DNA from: Nitrosopumilus sp.
Lineage (GTDB): Archaea; Thermoproteota; Nitrososphaeria; Nitrososphaerales; Nitrosopumilaceae
NCBI GenBank assembly: GCA_965218695.1
Contig: OZ244651.1
Span: forward strand, 2,240,001-2,304,000
Direction: 5' to 3'
DNA length: 64,000 bases
Shown: positions 1 through 10,484 of the stretch, in pieces
How the letters are laid out: every line of letters starts with the position of its first letter
How positions within the stretch are numbered: the first letter of the stretch is position 1
Notes under the pieces: generated by a model
Database searches by the model: none
The model's input: only the letters and a program-made list of their open reading frames with translations
What the model was told of the DNA's origin: nothing
Program-made: the position numbers and the translations under genes

Positions 1-121
1 CGCAACGTCGGTTGGTCCGTGACTGTTTTTCCTGGGATATATGATAATATATATTACTTTCTGGGTTTTAGAATTTTAAGACGATATTAAAAAATATATA
101 CTACCATATTACTAGAAGCCC

Positions 122-406
122 ATGCATATGAAATACGAGATGGGTCAAATGAGGCAAGAGATTGCCAATCTGCGTGCCGCATGCGGGAAGGGCGATGCAG
201 CCAGCACGTTCGGAGACCGATGCATGACGACCACCGGATCACCACACGGAGAATTCCGGATCATGGCAGGTACCCAACGTAATCCACTATTCATGACCCA
301 CACACACGACAGGCATATCACAGTATACCGATGCCAGGAGACAGGCACAGACTCGTGCAGCCTGTGGGGAGTCGTTGGCTTCAGGTGTGAGGAGATCGAT
401 GACTAG
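122..406 (+). CDS. hypothetical protein
   Basis: 94-aa ORF after an AT-rich, TATA-containing region; its stop overlaps the GTG of the next ORF; no recognisable motif. Confidence 0.35.
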   Translation: MHMKYEMGQMRQEIANLRAACGKGDAASTFGDRCMTTTGSPHGEFRIMAGTQRNPLFMTHTHDRHITVYRCQETGTDSCSLWGVVGFRCEEIDD

Positions 407-687
407 TGCCCTATTTTCTGGTGTCGATTAATGACGAGAAGGAGACAGAGTATGTCTGTCTGGAGGCAGAGACCCCGCTCAAGGCAGTCAGGGCAGTCGA
501 GATAGACGACAAAAAGTATGCAGGAAAGACCCATGTGGAAGTAAGATGCTGGCTTATGAACCACATAATGGAAAATTCCTCTGCCATCCATAGGATGATA
601 AAACAACCCGAAAAATATTACAAAAGCCTCGCCGTCGCACACATGATATTCCCAGGCGTATGGACATCTGCAGAGGATGATGACTGA
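406..687 (+). CDS. hypothetical protein
   Basis: 93-aa ORF with normal globular composition, coupled to the upstream ORF (TAGTG overlap). Confidence 0.55.
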   Translation: MPYFLVSINDEKETEYVCLEAETPLKAVRAVEIDDKKYAGKTHVEVRCWLMNHIMENSSAIHRMIKQPEKYYKSLAVAHMIFPGVWTSAEDDD

Positions 688-868
688 TACTGCCTCCTGG
701 GACGCCGTTTCCGGCTTGGACAGGGCGCGCAGCCTGCCAGGTCCATGGCACAGACAAGCAGACAGACGCCGATGCGGCAAAATCCGCACACGCCAAGCAC
801 GACAATTTAACCAAATTCCCACACGCCCGAATAGGGCATTGACTGCAAAGGAATCGAGGACAGAGAAG

Positions 869-1381
869 CTATGCGCCGGGATTCGGCGTTGCAGCTAGCG
901 TGCCGAGGATTTTGTCAATCTCGTAAAGTGCTATCTTGTCCCGCCCGATCAGGTCAAATTTCTGCAGGATTGCTTCAAACTTTGTCTCCTCGTGGGTCTG
1001 TTCAGCCACAAACCATTCAAGAAATGTACGCGTGGAATAATCCCCTTCCCTTTGTGCAATGGCAACCATGTTGTGAATCGCCTTGGTGACTGCCCGCTCG
1101 TTTTCCAGGGAAATTTTCATGACGGATTCTAGGGATTCAAAGGAGCTGGCCGGTGCGTCAATGGAGAGGGGCGCGGCACAGGCCCCCATCTCATTCAGGT
1201 AGCGAATTATTTTAATCATGTGGGCTCGTTCCTCGTCGGACTGGGCATAAAAGTATGCAGCAGCGCCCCCATATCCGGTAGTCTCAGACCATGATGCCAT
1301 TGCAAGATAGACGTTCGATGCAGCAGACTCGAGTCGGACCTGATTGTCCAGTGCCTGTTTCAATTCGTCAGATATTCTCAT
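869..1381 (-). CDS. ftnA: non-haem ferritin
   Basis: MRISDELKQALDNQVRLE..YLAMASW..YFYAQSDEERAHM..FLEWFVAEQTHEE ferroxidase pattern; start moved to ATG at 1381. Confidence 0.93.
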   Translation of the reverse strand: MRISDELKQALDNQVRLESAASNVYLAMASWSETTGYGGAAAYFYAQSDEERAHMIKIIRYLNEMGACAAPLSIDAPASSFESLESVMKISLENERAVTKAIHNMVAIAQREGDYSTRTFLEWFVAEQTHEETKFEAILQKFDLIGRDKIALYEIDKILGTLAATPNPGA

Positions 1382-1595
1382 GATGAATGGCGTGAAGCAC
1401 TCAATTAAAAACCATTCCCAGAACAACGGGTGTGTCCTAGAGGCATAGTAGTGGCCAAAGCAATCCGATCACCCTCTGCCAATAATTCCGAAAACTACCG
1501 AGCCTCATGAAATAATTTGTCCATCCGTGCTGTGACTGGCAGGCCTGAATGTCTCCGGGCATACATTCAGATCACAGGCATGCTCATATCCGCTC

Positions 1596-2720
1596 ATGAT
1601 GACTGTTGTCAAGAAAAAGCAAGGCGCTGCCGACCCCGGCAGTCGCACAAGGACAGTTCCCGCAGCCGGACCGGCATCAGGGCAAAAGAGGCTCAAGACG
1701 GGATCCATGTTCATGCCGAACGTGAGCGAAAAGAGGCTGGTGCGGATGTGTGCAAAAGAAAAGAACAAACTGGCCAAGCTCAGGCTGCTTGCGTGCATCA
1801 TGAGAAAGCAGAGCCATAGCATCAGGGAGATCTGCAGGAAGCTTGTCATGCCGTATTCCACCGTGCGCGACTGGCTGGTGCGGATGCAGGAGCGGGGATT
1901 GAGGGCCAGGTTCAACAGGGTGCGGCATGGCAGGAAAAGCAGGCTGCCCAAATCATTCCTCAGGACGGTTCGGTCGTGGCTCAAGAACAGGCCAAAAAAG
2001 TACGGGTTCGAGTCAGGCTCCTGGCAGCTCAACTTGGTGTTGGAGATGATCCGGCGGAGGTTTGGAACGGACTGCTGCTGCAAGGAACGCACGCTGCGAA
2101 GGATGCTCAAAAGGATCGGGTTCTCCTACCGAAAGGCAAGGCCGGTTCCGCCCAAGTCAGCCTCCAAAAGCGAACAAGAAGAGTTCAAGGCGGCAGCCGG
2201 CAGGAGGGCAAAGGAACTGGTCACTGAGGGGTACGACGTGTTCGTCGAAGACGAGGCCGCAGACGGCATGTCGCAGGAACCGGGCTACGGGTGGAGGCCC
2301 AAGGGAGGACGCGACGAGATCCAGACCGGGTTCTCAAAAAAGGGTGTAAGCCTGCTTGGCATCATGGGCACGGATACCCTCTACGTCCGCATGGCAGATT
2401 CTGCAAACTCCGAGACGTTCAAGGGGTTCCTCGGGGACGTGCGCAAGAAGCACCCGAAATTCTACATGGTCCTGGACAACGCGTCGTACCACAAGTCGCA
2501 CACGGTCCGGGAATACGTGGCCGGCACAGGCGGGGACGTGGAGATGGAATTTCTCCCGCCCCGCACGCCGCAGCTTAACCAAATTGAAAACGTCTGGAGG
2601 GACCTCAAGAAGCGCCTTGCCGGCAGGTACTTCAAATCCACAGAGGAACTAAAGGCGGCGATAACGGCAATCCTTGAAAAAGAGATGGGCAATCGACTCG
2701 TTGGTTATCTGGTAAATTAG
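1596..2720 (+). CDS. IS630-family transposase (single intact frame)
   Basis: N-terminal HTH/winged helix, GFSYRKARP, DDE motifs FVEDEA / VLDNASYH / PQLNQIENVW; element ends not resolved. Confidence 0.92.
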   Translation: MMTVVKKKQGAADPGSRTRTVPAAGPASGQKRLKTGSMFMPNVSEKRLVRMCAKEKNKLAKLRLLACIMRKQSHSIREICRKLVMPYSTVRDWLVRMQERGLRARFNRVRHGRKSRLPKSFLRTVRSWLKNRPKKYGFESGSWQLNLVLEMIRRRFGTDCCCKERTLRRMLKRIGFSYRKARPVPPKSASKSEQEEFKAAAGRRAKELVTEGYDVFVEDEAADGMSQEPGYGWRPKGGRDEIQTGFSKKGVSLLGIMGTDTLYVRMADSANSETFKGFLGDVRKKHPKFYMVLDNASYHKSHTVREYVAGTGGDVEMEFLPPRTPQLNQIENVWRDLKKRLAGRYFKSTEELKAAITAILEKEMGNRLVGYLVN

Positions 2721-2943
2721 CCACATTAGCGTGAAAATTCATTCTTGCGTGTGAAATAATACGGATCCTTGTTTGCATGTGGCCTGATTTCTGTGCAGGC
2801 CGTGGCTTCAACCACGTCAGGTTTGACAAGATGCATGATTATGTGGTTAATTTAGACAAAGGTGAGCGGATTGTTCTGGCCTATACTAGGCATATACCCC
2901 CGGATGACAAAAGATATGGATCGGCGGATCACGGCATCGCCTA

Positions 2944-3906
2944 ATGACTACAAAGAAACGCGACCAACGACAGTACGATTTGGTTCAGCAGTACCTGTCG
3001 GGCCTCATGCTGAATACCGTGCTGGGAATAATCAAGAATCTTGGGGATCCGTACGCCGTCAGGCCCGGCCTGGGCGGCATGACGGCATACCCGCCTGGCG
3101 CCATGGCAGCTGTCTGCATCATGCTTGAGGCACAGCGCACGACCTACCGTAAGATGGTCGGCATCCTCCGAAACAATAGCGCCATGGCAGCCAAGATGGG
3201 CCTAGAGAAAATTCCCTCCAAGAGCACGATAGCACGCGCCTACGGCCTGATCCCGGAATGGTACCTGGCAGAGGCACACCGGATTGCCATCAGGGAGGTG
3301 GAGGCAGGCTCCCTGGCAGCAGACGGTACCGGATACTCGTACCTGCGGTTTGTCAGGTGGTTTGACGTCAGGACCGACAGTTTTCGTACCAGAAAGGGAT
3401 GGGTCAAACTGCACGCAATCGTGGACATACGCACCAGGGTGATAATCGACTGCATGGCAACTGACAGCGCAGTGGCAGACATAAACGGGCTGTACGCGAT
3501 GCTCGGCAGGTTAGGCCGGGGCACCGGCGACTTTTGCCTGGATTCTGCATACCTGGCAAGGCTAATGTGCAACATGATATCTGCGATGGGAATGGTACCC
3601 CGCATCAAGCCAAAATCCAACACCATACGCAACGCCAGGGGAAGCCAGTCGTGGCGCGAGATGGTAAGCCTGTACATGGATGAACGGGACAGGTTTGACT
3701 CGGAATACCACCAGCGCAGCATCATCGAGGCAGTCTTTGCCGCCCTCAAGAAGATGTACGGGGACAGCACCAGGTGCCGAAAACACGAGAACCGGACAAG
3801 GGAGACTGCGATCCGTGTCATGTGCTACAACATCGAGCTCGTGGCCAGATTGCAGGCAAAAGACGGCAGGCTCACACAGGATCAAATCGCGACACTTGCA
3901 GCGTAA
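2944..3906 (+). CDS. IS5-family (DDE_Tnp_1-like) transposase
   Basis: IPSKSTI, AADGTG, WVKLH, CLDSAY, YHQRSIIEAVFAALK motifs; ends not resolved. Confidence 0.88.
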   Translation: MTTKKRDQRQYDLVQQYLSGLMLNTVLGIIKNLGDPYAVRPGLGGMTAYPPGAMAAVCIMLEAQRTTYRKMVGILRNNSAMAAKMGLEKIPSKSTIARAYGLIPEWYLAEAHRIAIREVEAGSLAADGTGYSYLRFVRWFDVRTDSFRTRKGWVKLHAIVDIRTRVIIDCMATDSAVADINGLYAMLGRLGRGTGDFCLDSAYLARLMCNMISAMGMVPRIKPKSNTIRNARGSQSWREMVSLYMDERDRFDSEYHQRSIIEAVFAALKKMYGDSTRCRKHENRTRETAIRVMCYNIELVARLQAKDGRLTQDQIATLAA

Positions 3907-4350
3907 CCGGCGCGTCTTGACACGCGCCTCCTAGCGGAGCCTCCGCACAGTGTCTTGGATTTGGGGGATTTTATGGGTTGTGGAGGATCGATGGTGCGGC
4001 ACTGTTGGCGTCGACGGGTTCTGGCACCAATCGTGTCTTTGGCATTCTGGTACATGGGATGGCATTTTTTATTACTAGGACACACCCCAGAACAACCGGA
4101 CACGTGTTTCGGCCCAGCACAAGGATTCATTGTGCAAAAATTTGAACCGGTTAGAATCAACGGTAGTGTGAAAGAAGTCATGCATGGTGGCCATTGAAGG
4201 CCGGTATTTCACTATTGGAAATAGCCCAAAACGGATCATCACGCTTGTGCTTTATCTCGTCTTCTTGTCACTCATGCCTCATCCCTTGACACATTCCAAA
4301 AGCGTGCAATGCCGAGCGTTGCCATTCTAGCGGAGATTATCCCACACACA

Positions 4351-5373
4351 TTATGCAATTTTTTTAGAGTTCACAAAGACGCCCTTGCGGGATGTGACCC
4401 TGCCTATCTCATGGCTTGAGATCCCGTGTTCCTTGAAGATCGACATGATGCCTGCGGCCTGATCTCCGGGCGCAATCACGCAAAACCCCACGCCCATGTT
4501 AAACGTCCTGTACATCTCCTCTGGCTCCACCCCCTGCTCCTCTATGAGCCTCATGATGGGAGGCATCTCCGGCAGGGAGTCTATCTCATAGCCTGTGTCC
4601 TTGAGGCGCAGCAGCTTGGTAAACGAGCCACCCGTTATGTGTGCCAGTCCGTCCACTTGGCACTTTTGAACGATCTCAAGAACGGACTTGGTGTATATTG
4701 CAGTGGGCTCCAAAAGCGCATCCCCTATGGTTCCAACCCCCTTGATGCTGTCTGTTATGGAGTACTTTGGAAAGAGTGCCTTTCTTGCAAGCGAGTAGCC
4801 GTTTGAATGAATTCCCGTGCTGCCTGCCCCTATGATCACATCGCCTGGCGCTATCCTGTCTCCCAGTATCATCTGGTCCTTCTCAACCAGCCCCACCACC
4901 ATTCCGGCCAGATCGAATGCAAAACCGTCACCATTAATCACATCAGGCATTATCGCAGTCTCCCCGCCGACAATCGGCACTGCTGATCTCTCTGCCCCCT
5001 TGACCAGCCCCTCCATAATCTCCCGGATAATGCGTTGGTCGTTTCTGTTTGCTGCGATATAGTCCACAAAGGATATCGGCGTCGCGCCGATGCATATCAC
5101 GTCGTTGACATTCATTGCGATGCAGTCAATGCCTATTGTATCATACCTGTCCATCATGCCTGCGATCATCACCTTGGTTCCAACGCCGTCAGTATGCGTG
5201 GCCAAAAGGGTGCCGCCTGCAATCTCCACAACCCCGGCATAGTGTCCAAAGCCGTGGGCGATCCTTACCTTACTTTGAAGATTGTGCGTTGATGCAATCA
5301 TCCGGCCAATCTCGGTCTGACTCTGCTTGATCTGGGAGATGTCCACGCCTGCATTCTTGTATGTCAGCGGCAT
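4351..5373 (-). CDS. purM: phosphoribosylformylglycinamidine cyclo-ligase (AIR synthetase)
   Basis: LTYKNAGVDI, TDGVGTK, GGETAIMP, GIHSNGYSL, AHITGG, TFNMGVG. Confidence 0.97.
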   Translation of the reverse strand: MPLTYKNAGVDISQIKQSQTEIGRMIASTHNLQSKVRIAHGFGHYAGVVEIAGGTLLATHTDGVGTKVMIAGMMDRYDTIGIDCIAMNVNDVICIGATPISFVDYIAANRNDQRIIREIMEGLVKGAERSAVPIVGGETAIMPDVINGDGFAFDLAGMVVGLVEKDQMILGDRIAPGDVIIGAGSTGIHSNGYSLARKALFPKYSITDSIKGVGTIGDALLEPTAIYTKSVLEIVQKCQVDGLAHITGGSFTKLLRLKDTGYEIDSLPEMPPIMRLIEEQGVEPEEMYRTFNMGVGFCVIAPGDQAAGIMSIFKEHGISSHEIGRVTSRKGVFVNSKKIA

Positions 5374-5712
5374 GATGAGGTGCCTGTCTTCTTTGAATAA
5401 AAGAATTTGCGTGGACTCAGTTAACGCAGAAGTAGCAACAATTTAGTGCATGATTGGATAGAATGCCTATTCCAATACCCATGTTGAAAGCCTCAAACAT
5501 GCCAATGTCTTGTCCTGCCTGCATGATCTAGATGCATGGCGTGGGCATGGCGGTACCGGGTGTCGGTGGCCGTGCCCATGGGCAAAAGACAAACATTCAG
5601 TGGCACGCTGGATACGTTTGAAGGCAAAACGCAGTACTGCGTCCGGTTCTTCGGAATGGCTACGCACCGTCCGTCCGTCCGTCCATTCCTGCAAGAGACG
5701 GCCCTGCGGAAT

Positions 5713-6975
5713 CTACTTCAGGGGTGGCAGGGTGCCTTGGATGCGGCGGCCGGCCGCGCATCCGGCAGCGTGGCAGATGCAGCACGGATCCGGCGGCTTG
5801 TGCCTGGCAAGATCCCGGGGAATGGTCATCAGCAAAAGGATTGCCTTCATGTCAATCTGCCTCATTGTCAAATACACCCCGCTGCCGCCTGACATGCCCG
5901 GATTGCGTGTCAGCTCGGCATTTGCCAGAACCCACACGTTGTACAGGATCATCGAGTAGAGAAAACAGAACAGCCGTGCGGTACTGGAGGTACTGCGCGT
6001 CCTTACCCTTTGGCTCTCCACCATCCTGTATCCCGTTTCTATGACCCACCTCTTGGAGTACAGGTCTGGCTTGATTCCGGGCACGCTTGTGGCAAACGCG
6101 ATGTATTCCTCCTCGGGCTTTTTGCCGCCTGATTTCCTGCTTTTTCTTTTGCGTTTTGTTATTATCATGGTGTATTCCTCGTAGTCGTTCTTGGTCTTTG
6201 CTATGCGGAACCTGGACACTGCCATGCGCTCCCCGCGATCAAACTGCGCGATGGCCCGGATCACGTTGGTCGTGTTGACGCATGGCATGAGAAAGTCCAC
6301 GCCCGTCTCATGCAGTGTCCGGATGACGTCGGTGGAAAAGAATTCGCGGTCAAGCATGGCAACCCCGATTCTGACCCTGTTGTCCCTGCACGTTTTGATG
6401 ATCCGCCGTACAAAATCAGAGGCGTCTTCAAGGGCGGGCATGTGAATCACGCCAAGCGCAAGGTTCATCCTCCTGTTGACGCACTGCGCCGTGACGTAGC
6501 GCTCAAAACTGCCCGTCTTGCCCTTGCTCTTTGAGCGCACTACGTCTTCGTTGTGGTTGGAGTCCCAGCGGGGTATCAGGTGCATGTCTATGGCCACGTC
6601 CATCTTCCTGCCTGCAAGCATGCCCAGCTCCTGCAACCTGTCCAGCTGGACGCCTATCTTTTCGTTAAACGCCTTGATCAGCTGATCCCTCTTGATCCTG
6701 GATATCGTGTCCCGGATCCACTCGCCGCTGACGGCCCGGCGGTGGGATTTTTTCAGCCCCGACAGGAAGGTCGTGGCATTGCGCATGGCAGACGCGTATC
6801 CAAAGGCCGAGACGCCAAGCAGCGCAGCTGCCACCATGACCCTGTGAAAATCGGCCGGCCCGTACGTGGTGTTGTGCCTTTTGGGGGGCGGAATTCCGGG
6901 ATCAAACGTCTCCGATACCCCGTCCATGACCGGCCCGCCCATCATGGCCGGATTGTTTTTCAGGGAACGCCGCAT
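5713..6975 (-). CDS. ISH3-family transposase, 5' end interrupted by IS5
   Basis: VAIDMH, MLDREFFS, IAFATS, YSKRWVIETGYR; frame continues as ..MPGPQNRMR beyond the nested IS (about 8217-8241). Confidence 0.85.
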   Translation of the reverse strand: MRRSLKNNPAMMGGPVMDGVSETFDPGIPPPKRHNTTYGPADFHRVMVAAALLGVSAFGYASAMRNATTFLSGLKKSHRRAVSGEWIRDTISRIKRDQLIKAFNEKIGVQLDRLQELGMLAGRKMDVAIDMHLIPRWDSNHNEDVVRSKSKGKTGSFERYVTAQCVNRRMNLALGVIHMPALEDASDFVRRIIKTCRDNRVRIGVAMLDREFFSTDVIRTLHETGVDFLMPCVNTTNVIRAIAQFDRGERMAVSRFRIAKTKNDYEEYTMIITKRKRKSRKSGGKKPEEEYIAFATSVPGIKPDLYSKRWVIETGYRMVESQRVRTRSTSSTARLFCFLYSMILYNVWVLANAELTRNPGMSGGSGVYLTMRQIDMKAILLLMTIPRDLARHKPPDPCCICHAAGCAAGRRIQGTLPPLK

Positions 6976-6978
6976 GCG

Positions 6979-8215
6979 GGGCGTTGTCCACCTTTTGATA
7001 ATCCTGCTCTATTTCACACTATTTTTGGTTCATTTTGGCATCCCAAACCTGGACTCTGAAGGGGTTTCTGGTGTCGGCAGGCTTGCGGTTGGTCGTTTTT
7101 GAGCCGTTTTCATCTAGTGGTGCATGGCATCCGCTGGAACCGGAAACCGGCATTCTGCCCCTACCGGGACCCCTATGCTATCAGGTTGTAGCAGATGCTT
7201 CGCAGGATTATCTGGAGTCTCTGCATGGGAAACGTCTTTGCGGCCACGACGGAACCGAACCTCTCCTTCATGGATGAGAACACGGACTCGACAAGACTGC
7301 GCTGGTGGTACACCTTCTCGAACCCTTCCCGATCCCGCCTGAACCAGCGGAGCATCTCTGCCCTGGGATTGAAGCCCTTTGCGGTGTGGTTCTTGCGGGG
7401 CCAGATCACCGGTTTTCTGCCGCTGTCGTAGATCATCTTGCAGTTTGCGTGCGCGTCATACGCCGAATCCAGCATGACGTGCCCGTCGCCGTCTGGCGTG
7501 CGGGCAAACATCTTCCGGAATATCGGCGAGTCGTGGGCAAGTCCGGGCGTCACCATGCATGCGGCGATCCTTCCGTGCGGGGCTACCAGTATGTGCAGCT
7601 TGACGAACTGACGCCTGGGTATGATGCCCTTCTTGGCATCCTCCCAGTCGGCGTAGATGTTGATGGAAAATCCGCTTGCGTCCCCAAGGAGCGGACCGTG
7701 AGCGTCACTCCCTGCCTGTCCCAGGATCACTTCCATCAGAATCTTCTGCTTTTCTGCCAGCCTCTTGGCTGCCGCATGCAGGCACGATTTGGACGGAACG
7801 GCTTTTAAGCCGCAGACGTGCAGTGAACCTGGGTTTGCCTCGAGGTACGAGACGTGTTCCCGGTACGAGTTGCCGCGAAACTCCTTGTCCATGAGGCAGA
7901 TCAAGTAGGAGATCATGCGCCGGTCCTTGTCGGACTTGGGCTTGCAGATCTCGTACAGGATGGTGGTAAGGGCAAGGATTCCGATTGACACTCGTTTCCC
8001 CTCCCCACTCCTTCGCATCTCGTATTTTTTGCTGTAGCCTTTCGGGCGCACCCATTTCTTCTTGTCTTCCTTGTCTCTGTTCTTTGCTTTCCTCTTTTTT
8101 CTATTGGAATTCATTAATTGTGGGCAGGATCGGTGATCCAAAACTTTTCGGATGTCTGACGCTAATGATCTTTAAGCGTAACGCTGCTTTTTTGAGGAAG
8201 ATGTGGACAACGCCC
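6979..8215 (-). mobile_element. IS5-family insertion sequence nested in ISH3
   Basis: TIRs GGGCGTTGTCCAC / GTGGACAACGCCC; palindromic direct repeat CCGCATGCGG at 6970-6979 and 8215-8224 (TSD could be 6, 8 or 10 bp). Confidence 0.9.
7173..8141 (-). CDS. IS5-family transposase
   Basis: VPSKSCLH, LGDASGF, FVKLH, MLDSAYD, YHQRSLVESVFSSMKERFG. Confidence 0.9.
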   Translation of the reverse strand: MDHRSCPQLMNSNRKKRKAKNRDKEDKKKWVRPKGYSKKYEMRRSGEGKRVSIGILALTTILYEICKPKSDKDRRMISYLICLMDKEFRGNSYREHVSYLEANPGSLHVCGLKAVPSKSCLHAAAKRLAEKQKILMEVILGQAGSDAHGPLLGDASGFSINIYADWEDAKKGIIPRRQFVKLHILVAPHGRIAACMVTPGLAHDSPIFRKMFARTPDGDGHVMLDSAYDAHANCKMIYDSGRKPVIWPRKNHTAKGFNPRAEMLRWFRRDREGFEKVYHQRSLVESVFSSMKERFGSVVAAKTFPMQRLQIILRSICYNLIA

Positions 8216-8555
8216 CGCATGCGGTTCTGCGGGCCGGGCATGGCAGTCACTTCGGGTTTCGCCGCCTGCCTGATGCAGCGCCGTTTCCGGCAGCAGCCGT
8301 GCAAACCTTAAATCCCAATTCCGTGAATCCGATATGGTGTGTGAGCCCGTTCATGGTGGTTCATTGACGGGTACTCTCACTCCATTCTTTTAAGCTGCAA
8401 TGACATGTAATTTGCACCTGCCGGCAGCTATTTTTGGCAACGCCTGCAGATTCAGTGCGGATGCGCACGAGATGGCGCGGGCGTGTCCTGCATGTCAGGC
8501 AGGATCTTTTACTTCTGTGTTAACTGGGACTGGCTCTCCTGAGTCTGGATGGTTT

Positions 8556-8643
8556 TAGTTGACTGTGATGGAAGAGTGGCAAATGCCGTTAGAACTGGAG
8601 TTACTGTTCTGGATTTTAGGCATATTGCCCATCACAGTCACTA
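8556..8643. mobile_element. putative 88-bp MITE / long imperfect hairpin
   Basis: TAGTTGACTGTGATGG ... CCATCACAGTCACTA inverted ends, TA at both termini, further internal complementarity (AATGCC/GGCATATT). Confidence 0.55.
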
Positions 8644-8694
8644 GTACCAAGATGCTAATCTAATATATTTAATGCGGGGGAATACACGCATGGT

Positions 8695-9111
8695 ATGGCC
8701 ACAATTGACGTCGAAGTGGAGATCAACGCCACGCCCGATGCAGTATGGGAGATAGTCTCGGATGTGGACTCTGAGCCAAGATTTTGGAAGGGAACAAAGG
8801 AGATCAGAAACATATCCAAGGAGGGAGACAAGATTCACAGGGAGATTACGATCGCATTCAGGGATCAAAAATGCCTGCAGGACGTTCAGATGTACCCCAA
8901 GGAGAGGATCGAGGCAAGATTTGTCAAGGGCATCATCGACGGGGACAAGACGATACTGCTGGTGCCAAGAGGCGACAACACCATACTCCGCACCACATGG
9001 AACATAAGGCTGACAGGCATGATGGGGATATTTACAGGCATGATTAAAAGCCACATCAAGAGCGGAACCGAGCAGGCCATGCACAGCATCAAGGCTGAAA
9101 TCGAGAGATGA
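8695..9111 (+). CDS. SRPBCC/START-like (polyketide cyclase) family protein
   Basis: IDVEVEINATPDAVWEIVSD..PRFW motif, 138 aa, C-terminal helix. Confidence 0.85.
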   Translation: MATIDVEVEINATPDAVWEIVSDVDSEPRFWKGTKEIRNISKEGDKIHREITIAFRDQKCLQDVQMYPKERIEARFVKGIIDGDKTILLVPRGDNTILRTTWNIRLTGMMGIFTGMIKSHIKSGTEQAMHSIKAEIER

Positions 9112-9114
9112 TTC

Positions 9115-10329
9115 ATGGATCCGGTAGCTGACATCCTCAACTATCTGCTGGCCGCGATTCTTGTTGGGGTATGCGGGGCATGGGTGTTTCTCATCAAATC
9201 AATGACGAACTCATTCAGGCTGACCCCGTACCTTGACAGGTTTACAGACACCTCAAAGTCACGCCCCCGGGTATCTGTAATAATTCCTGCAAGAAACGAG
9301 GAGGGATTTGTCGGAAGATGCCTGGAGTCCCTTGCCATCCAGGATTATGAGGATTACGAGATAATTGTAATCGACGACTCGTCTGAGGATGGCACATGGG
9401 ACATAATCTCAGAGTTTGCCCAGAGATACCCCAATGTGGTCCCGGTCTCTGCAAGGCCCAAGCCAGAGGGGTGGATGGGAAAGAACTGGGCATGCATGGA
9501 AGGATACAGGAAGGCCACAGGGGATCTTTTGCTGTTTACGGACGCAGATACAAGACACTCCAAAAAGGTGATATCGATGGCAGCAGCCCACCTAATCTCG
9601 TCTGACCTGGATGCCCTGTCGGTAATTCCAAGGATGCTGACGCTGGATGTCTGGACTAGGATCACGCTTCCGATGATCTCGACGTTTCTGCATACCCGGT
9701 TTTCTGCATTGAACGTGAACAATCCGGCAAAGAAGACAGGCTACTTTTTTGGAAGCTTTTTCATACTTTGGAGGAAGACCTACGAGGGCATAGGGACGCA
9801 CGAGGGGGTAAGGCAGGAGATAATCGAGGACGGCGCCCTTGGCAGGAAGGCAAAGGAGATGGGACACAAAATAAGGATGGTGAGGGGGGAGCACCTGATA
9901 GAGGCAATCTGGGCCAGGGACAGGGGCACGCTGTGGAACGCCCTGAAGAGACTGATGGTTCCCCTGTATCTCCAGGACGGACGGATGGCAGTGGGGATAT
10001 TTGTCGCAGTCACATTTTTGCTGTTTGTGCCGTTTCCAGTATTCGCCGCGTCAGTAGCGTCCATGCAGGATGCCACGTCAGCAGGCGTGCTGTGTGCGGC
10101 GGCAGGAGCCGCATCCCTGCTGATCCACATCGGGGCGCTGATTGAGACAAGGGTCGGACTCGGACTGAGATCCGTCTATGCGCTGGCTGCGCCTCTGGGG
10201 GGACTGGTAGTCACGCTGGGTTTCCTAAGCGGCCTGCTTCAGGCAAACAGTTCGTCTTCCGTGACATGGAGGGGAAGAAGCTACTCCAAGACGGATCACA
10301 GCCAGGCACAGTCAGGAGTACGCATCTAA
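9115..10329 (+). CDS. membrane glycosyltransferase family 2
   Basis: VSVIIPARNEE, IDDSSED, GWMGKNWAC, LFTDADT, IIEDGALG, C-terminal TM helices and WRGR. Confidence 0.92.
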   Translation: MDPVADILNYLLAAILVGVCGAWVFLIKSMTNSFRLTPYLDRFTDTSKSRPRVSVIIPARNEEGFVGRCLESLAIQDYEDYEIIVIDDSSEDGTWDIISEFAQRYPNVVPVSARPKPEGWMGKNWACMEGYRKATGDLLLFTDADTRHSKKVISMAAAHLISSDLDALSVIPRMLTLDVWTRITLPMISTFLHTRFSALNVNNPAKKTGYFFGSFFILWRKTYEGIGTHEGVRQEIIEDGALGRKAKEMGHKIRMVRGEHLIEAIWARDRGTLWNALKRLMVPLYLQDGRMAVGIFVAVTFLLFVPFPVFAASVASMQDATSAGVLCAAAGAASLLIHIGALIETRVGLGLRSVYALAAPLGGLVVTLGFLSGLLQANSSSSVTWRGRSYSKTDHSQAQSGVRI

Positions 10330-10484
10330 AAATTAAGGCAGGAGTCCTGCCCGCACCCACATGCGCAGGTAAACGTGTGTCCGTGCATGGCATATCGGAT
10401 TCGGCGTGTTGTTTTGACCAGAGAGCCTGCCAGAAGAATCCAACAACATAAGCCTTTTAGATAGAAAACCGATCCAAAGACCAC

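Larger units (their letters stand above)
5418..8526 (-). mobile_element. ISH3-family insertion sequence containing a nested IS5
   Basis: 17-bp TIRs CAGTTAACGCAGAAGTA (5418-5434) / TACTTCTGTGTTAACTG (8510-8526), one mismatch; 5-bp direct repeat GGACT at 5413-5417 and 8527-8531. Confidence 0.9.

Noticed and set aside
1430-2760. Terminal repeats for the IS630 element
   Set aside because: Only weak similarity (TCACAGGCATG vs TCACACGCAAG); ends not called
2850-3955. Terminal repeats for the first IS5 element
   Set aside because: Candidate AGACA...GCGGA ends are gapped and lack a matching TSD
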